A stretch of 64,000 bases of DNA, taken from positions 1,024,001 to 1,088,000 of the forward strand of contig CAWJMB010000002.1 of NCBI GenBank assembly GCA_963843845.1. Direction: 5' to 3'. Within the stretch, counting starts at the first letter, position 1. Every line of letters starts with the position of its first letter. Position numbers and translations under genes: made by a program. The stretch comes from an uncultured Gemmatimonadaceae bacterium. Its GTDB lineage: Bacteria; Gemmatimonadota; Gemmatimonadetes; Gemmatimonadales; Gemmatimonadaceae. The notes beneath the pieces were generated by a model. That model was given only the letters and a program-made list of their open reading frames with translations. It was not told where the DNA came from and searched no databases. Of the stretch, positions 62,848 through 64,000 are shown in pieces.

Positions 62848-64000
62848 TCACGCGTCCTTCAACCCGTTCAACAACGCGTCATTCGAAGCCGTCACGCCGA
62901 TCCGCTTGATCAGCCACTCCATCGCCGCCGGCGACGGCATCTGCTGCAGCCCGCGCCGCAGCATGTACACGGCGTCGAGCTGGTCCGGGCGGAACAGCTT
63001 GTCCTCGCGGCGCGTGCCCGAGGCTGGGATGTCGATCGCCGGATAGATGCGGCGCTCGGCCAGCGAGCGATCGAGCTTGATCTCGCAGTTGCCCGTGCCC
63101 TTGAACTCCTCGAAGATCACGTCGTCCATGCGCGAGCCCGTCTCGACGAGCGCCGTGGCGATGATCGTGAGCGAGCCGCCGCCGTGCGCCGCCGCGACCG
63201 CGCGCGCCGAGCCGAAGAACGCCTTCGGCTTCGCCATCGCCGTGGCGTCGAGACCGCCCGACATCGTGCGGCCGATGCCGCGCTCGATCGTGTTGTACGC
63301 GCGCGCCATGCGCGTGATCGAGTCGAGCACGATGACGACGTCCTTGCCCAGCTCGACGAGGCGGCGCGCGCGCTCCATCACCATCTCGACGACTTCACGG
63401 TGCCGGTCGGCAGGCATGTCGAAGCTCGACGCGACCACCTCGCCGAAGCCCCACGCGACCATGTCGCTGACTTCCTCGGGGCGCTCGTCGACGAGCAGCA
63501 CGAGCAGCGCGGCCTCGGGATGGTTGATCGCGACGCCTTCCATGATCGCCTGCAGCAGCATCGTCTTGCCGGCGCGTGCCGGCGCGACGATGAGCGCGCG
63601 CTGTCCGTAGCCGATCGGCGCGATGAGGTCGATGATGCGGCGCGTGACCTCGGGGCCGGCCTTCAGCCGGCGCGTCTCGAGCGTCAGCTTCCGATCCGGA
63701 TACGTGGCGGTGAGCGCGCCGAACTCCGGCCGTTTCACGGCCGCCGCCGGCTCCGCGTCGTTCACGAGCACGACGTCGACGGCACACATGCGCCCGCGCT
63801 GATCGCGGCCGGCCGTGACCTCGACCTTGTCGCCGGCACGGAGCCCCCACTGCCGCATGAGCGGCTGGGGCACGAACGGATCGGTCGGACCTGGGAGGTA
63901 GCTGTTCGCCGCCTGCCGGATGAACGCCCCGTCGCGGCCGACGCCGAGCCACCCGCTGACTGTCGTGTCGGCCGTCGCGACGACCGGCTGGCGGTCGAGC
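62848..64000 (-). CDS. rho: Transcription termination factor Rho (divergent; 5' end outside window)
   Basis: GQRALIVAPARAGKT, DERPEEV, LDSITRMARAYN, IFEEFKGTGN, SGTRRED. Confidence 0.93.
   Translation of the reverse strand, partial: LDRQPVVATADTTVSGWLGVGRDGAFIRQAANSYLPGPTDPFVPQPLMRQWGLRAGDKVEVTAGRDQRGRMCAVDVVLVNDAEPAAAVKRPEFGALTATYPDRKLTLETRRLKAGPEVTRRIIDLIAPIGYGQRALIVAPARAGKTMLLQAIMEGVAINHPEAALLVLLVDERPEEVSDMVAWGFGEVVASSFDMPADRHREVVEMVMERARRLVELGKDVVIVLDSITRMARAYNTIERGIGRTMSGGLDATAMAKPKAFFGSARAVAAAHGGGSLTIIATALVETGSRMDDVIFEEFKGTGNCEIKLDRSLAERRIYPAIDIPASGTRREDKLFRPDQLDAVYMLRRGLQQMPSPAAMEWLIKRIGVTASNDALLNGLKDA

Overview
A very GC-rich bacterial chromosomal segment; the PEP-CTERM style, TamA/TamB, Big_2 lipoprotein and many secreted hydrolases suggest Gemmatimonadota (inference). 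About 53 genes can be read. They include secreted peptidases/hydrolases, a cold-shock gene, an ABC-HlyD-TolC exporter with a divergent HTH regulator, gluQ and queG, a BMP-type nucleoside ABC transporter, nadB-nadA-nadC, fahA, rocF-rocD with an Lrp regulator, tamA-tamB and a divergent rho cut off by the window edge. At least 15 genes carry single-base frameshifts, most likely long-read indel errors, so several boundaries are approximate. I found no tRNA, rRNA, CRISPR array, integrase or transposase. The most unusual signals are: (1) a phd-vapC module sandwiched between queG and a decayed second copy of the queG 3' end, suggesting cargo capture at queG with gene-end replacement; (2) a recurrent GTTRGGC heptamer that accounts for nearly all in-frame TTA codons I could find; (3) a type I secretion-like operon whose only ABC subunit has degenerate Walker A, signature and Walker B motifs; (4) a terminator-like hairpin inside the cold-shock gene leader; (5) long palindromic elements built from short repeats, one inserted in frame in a gene. 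All calls come from reading the sequence by eye; no searches were run.
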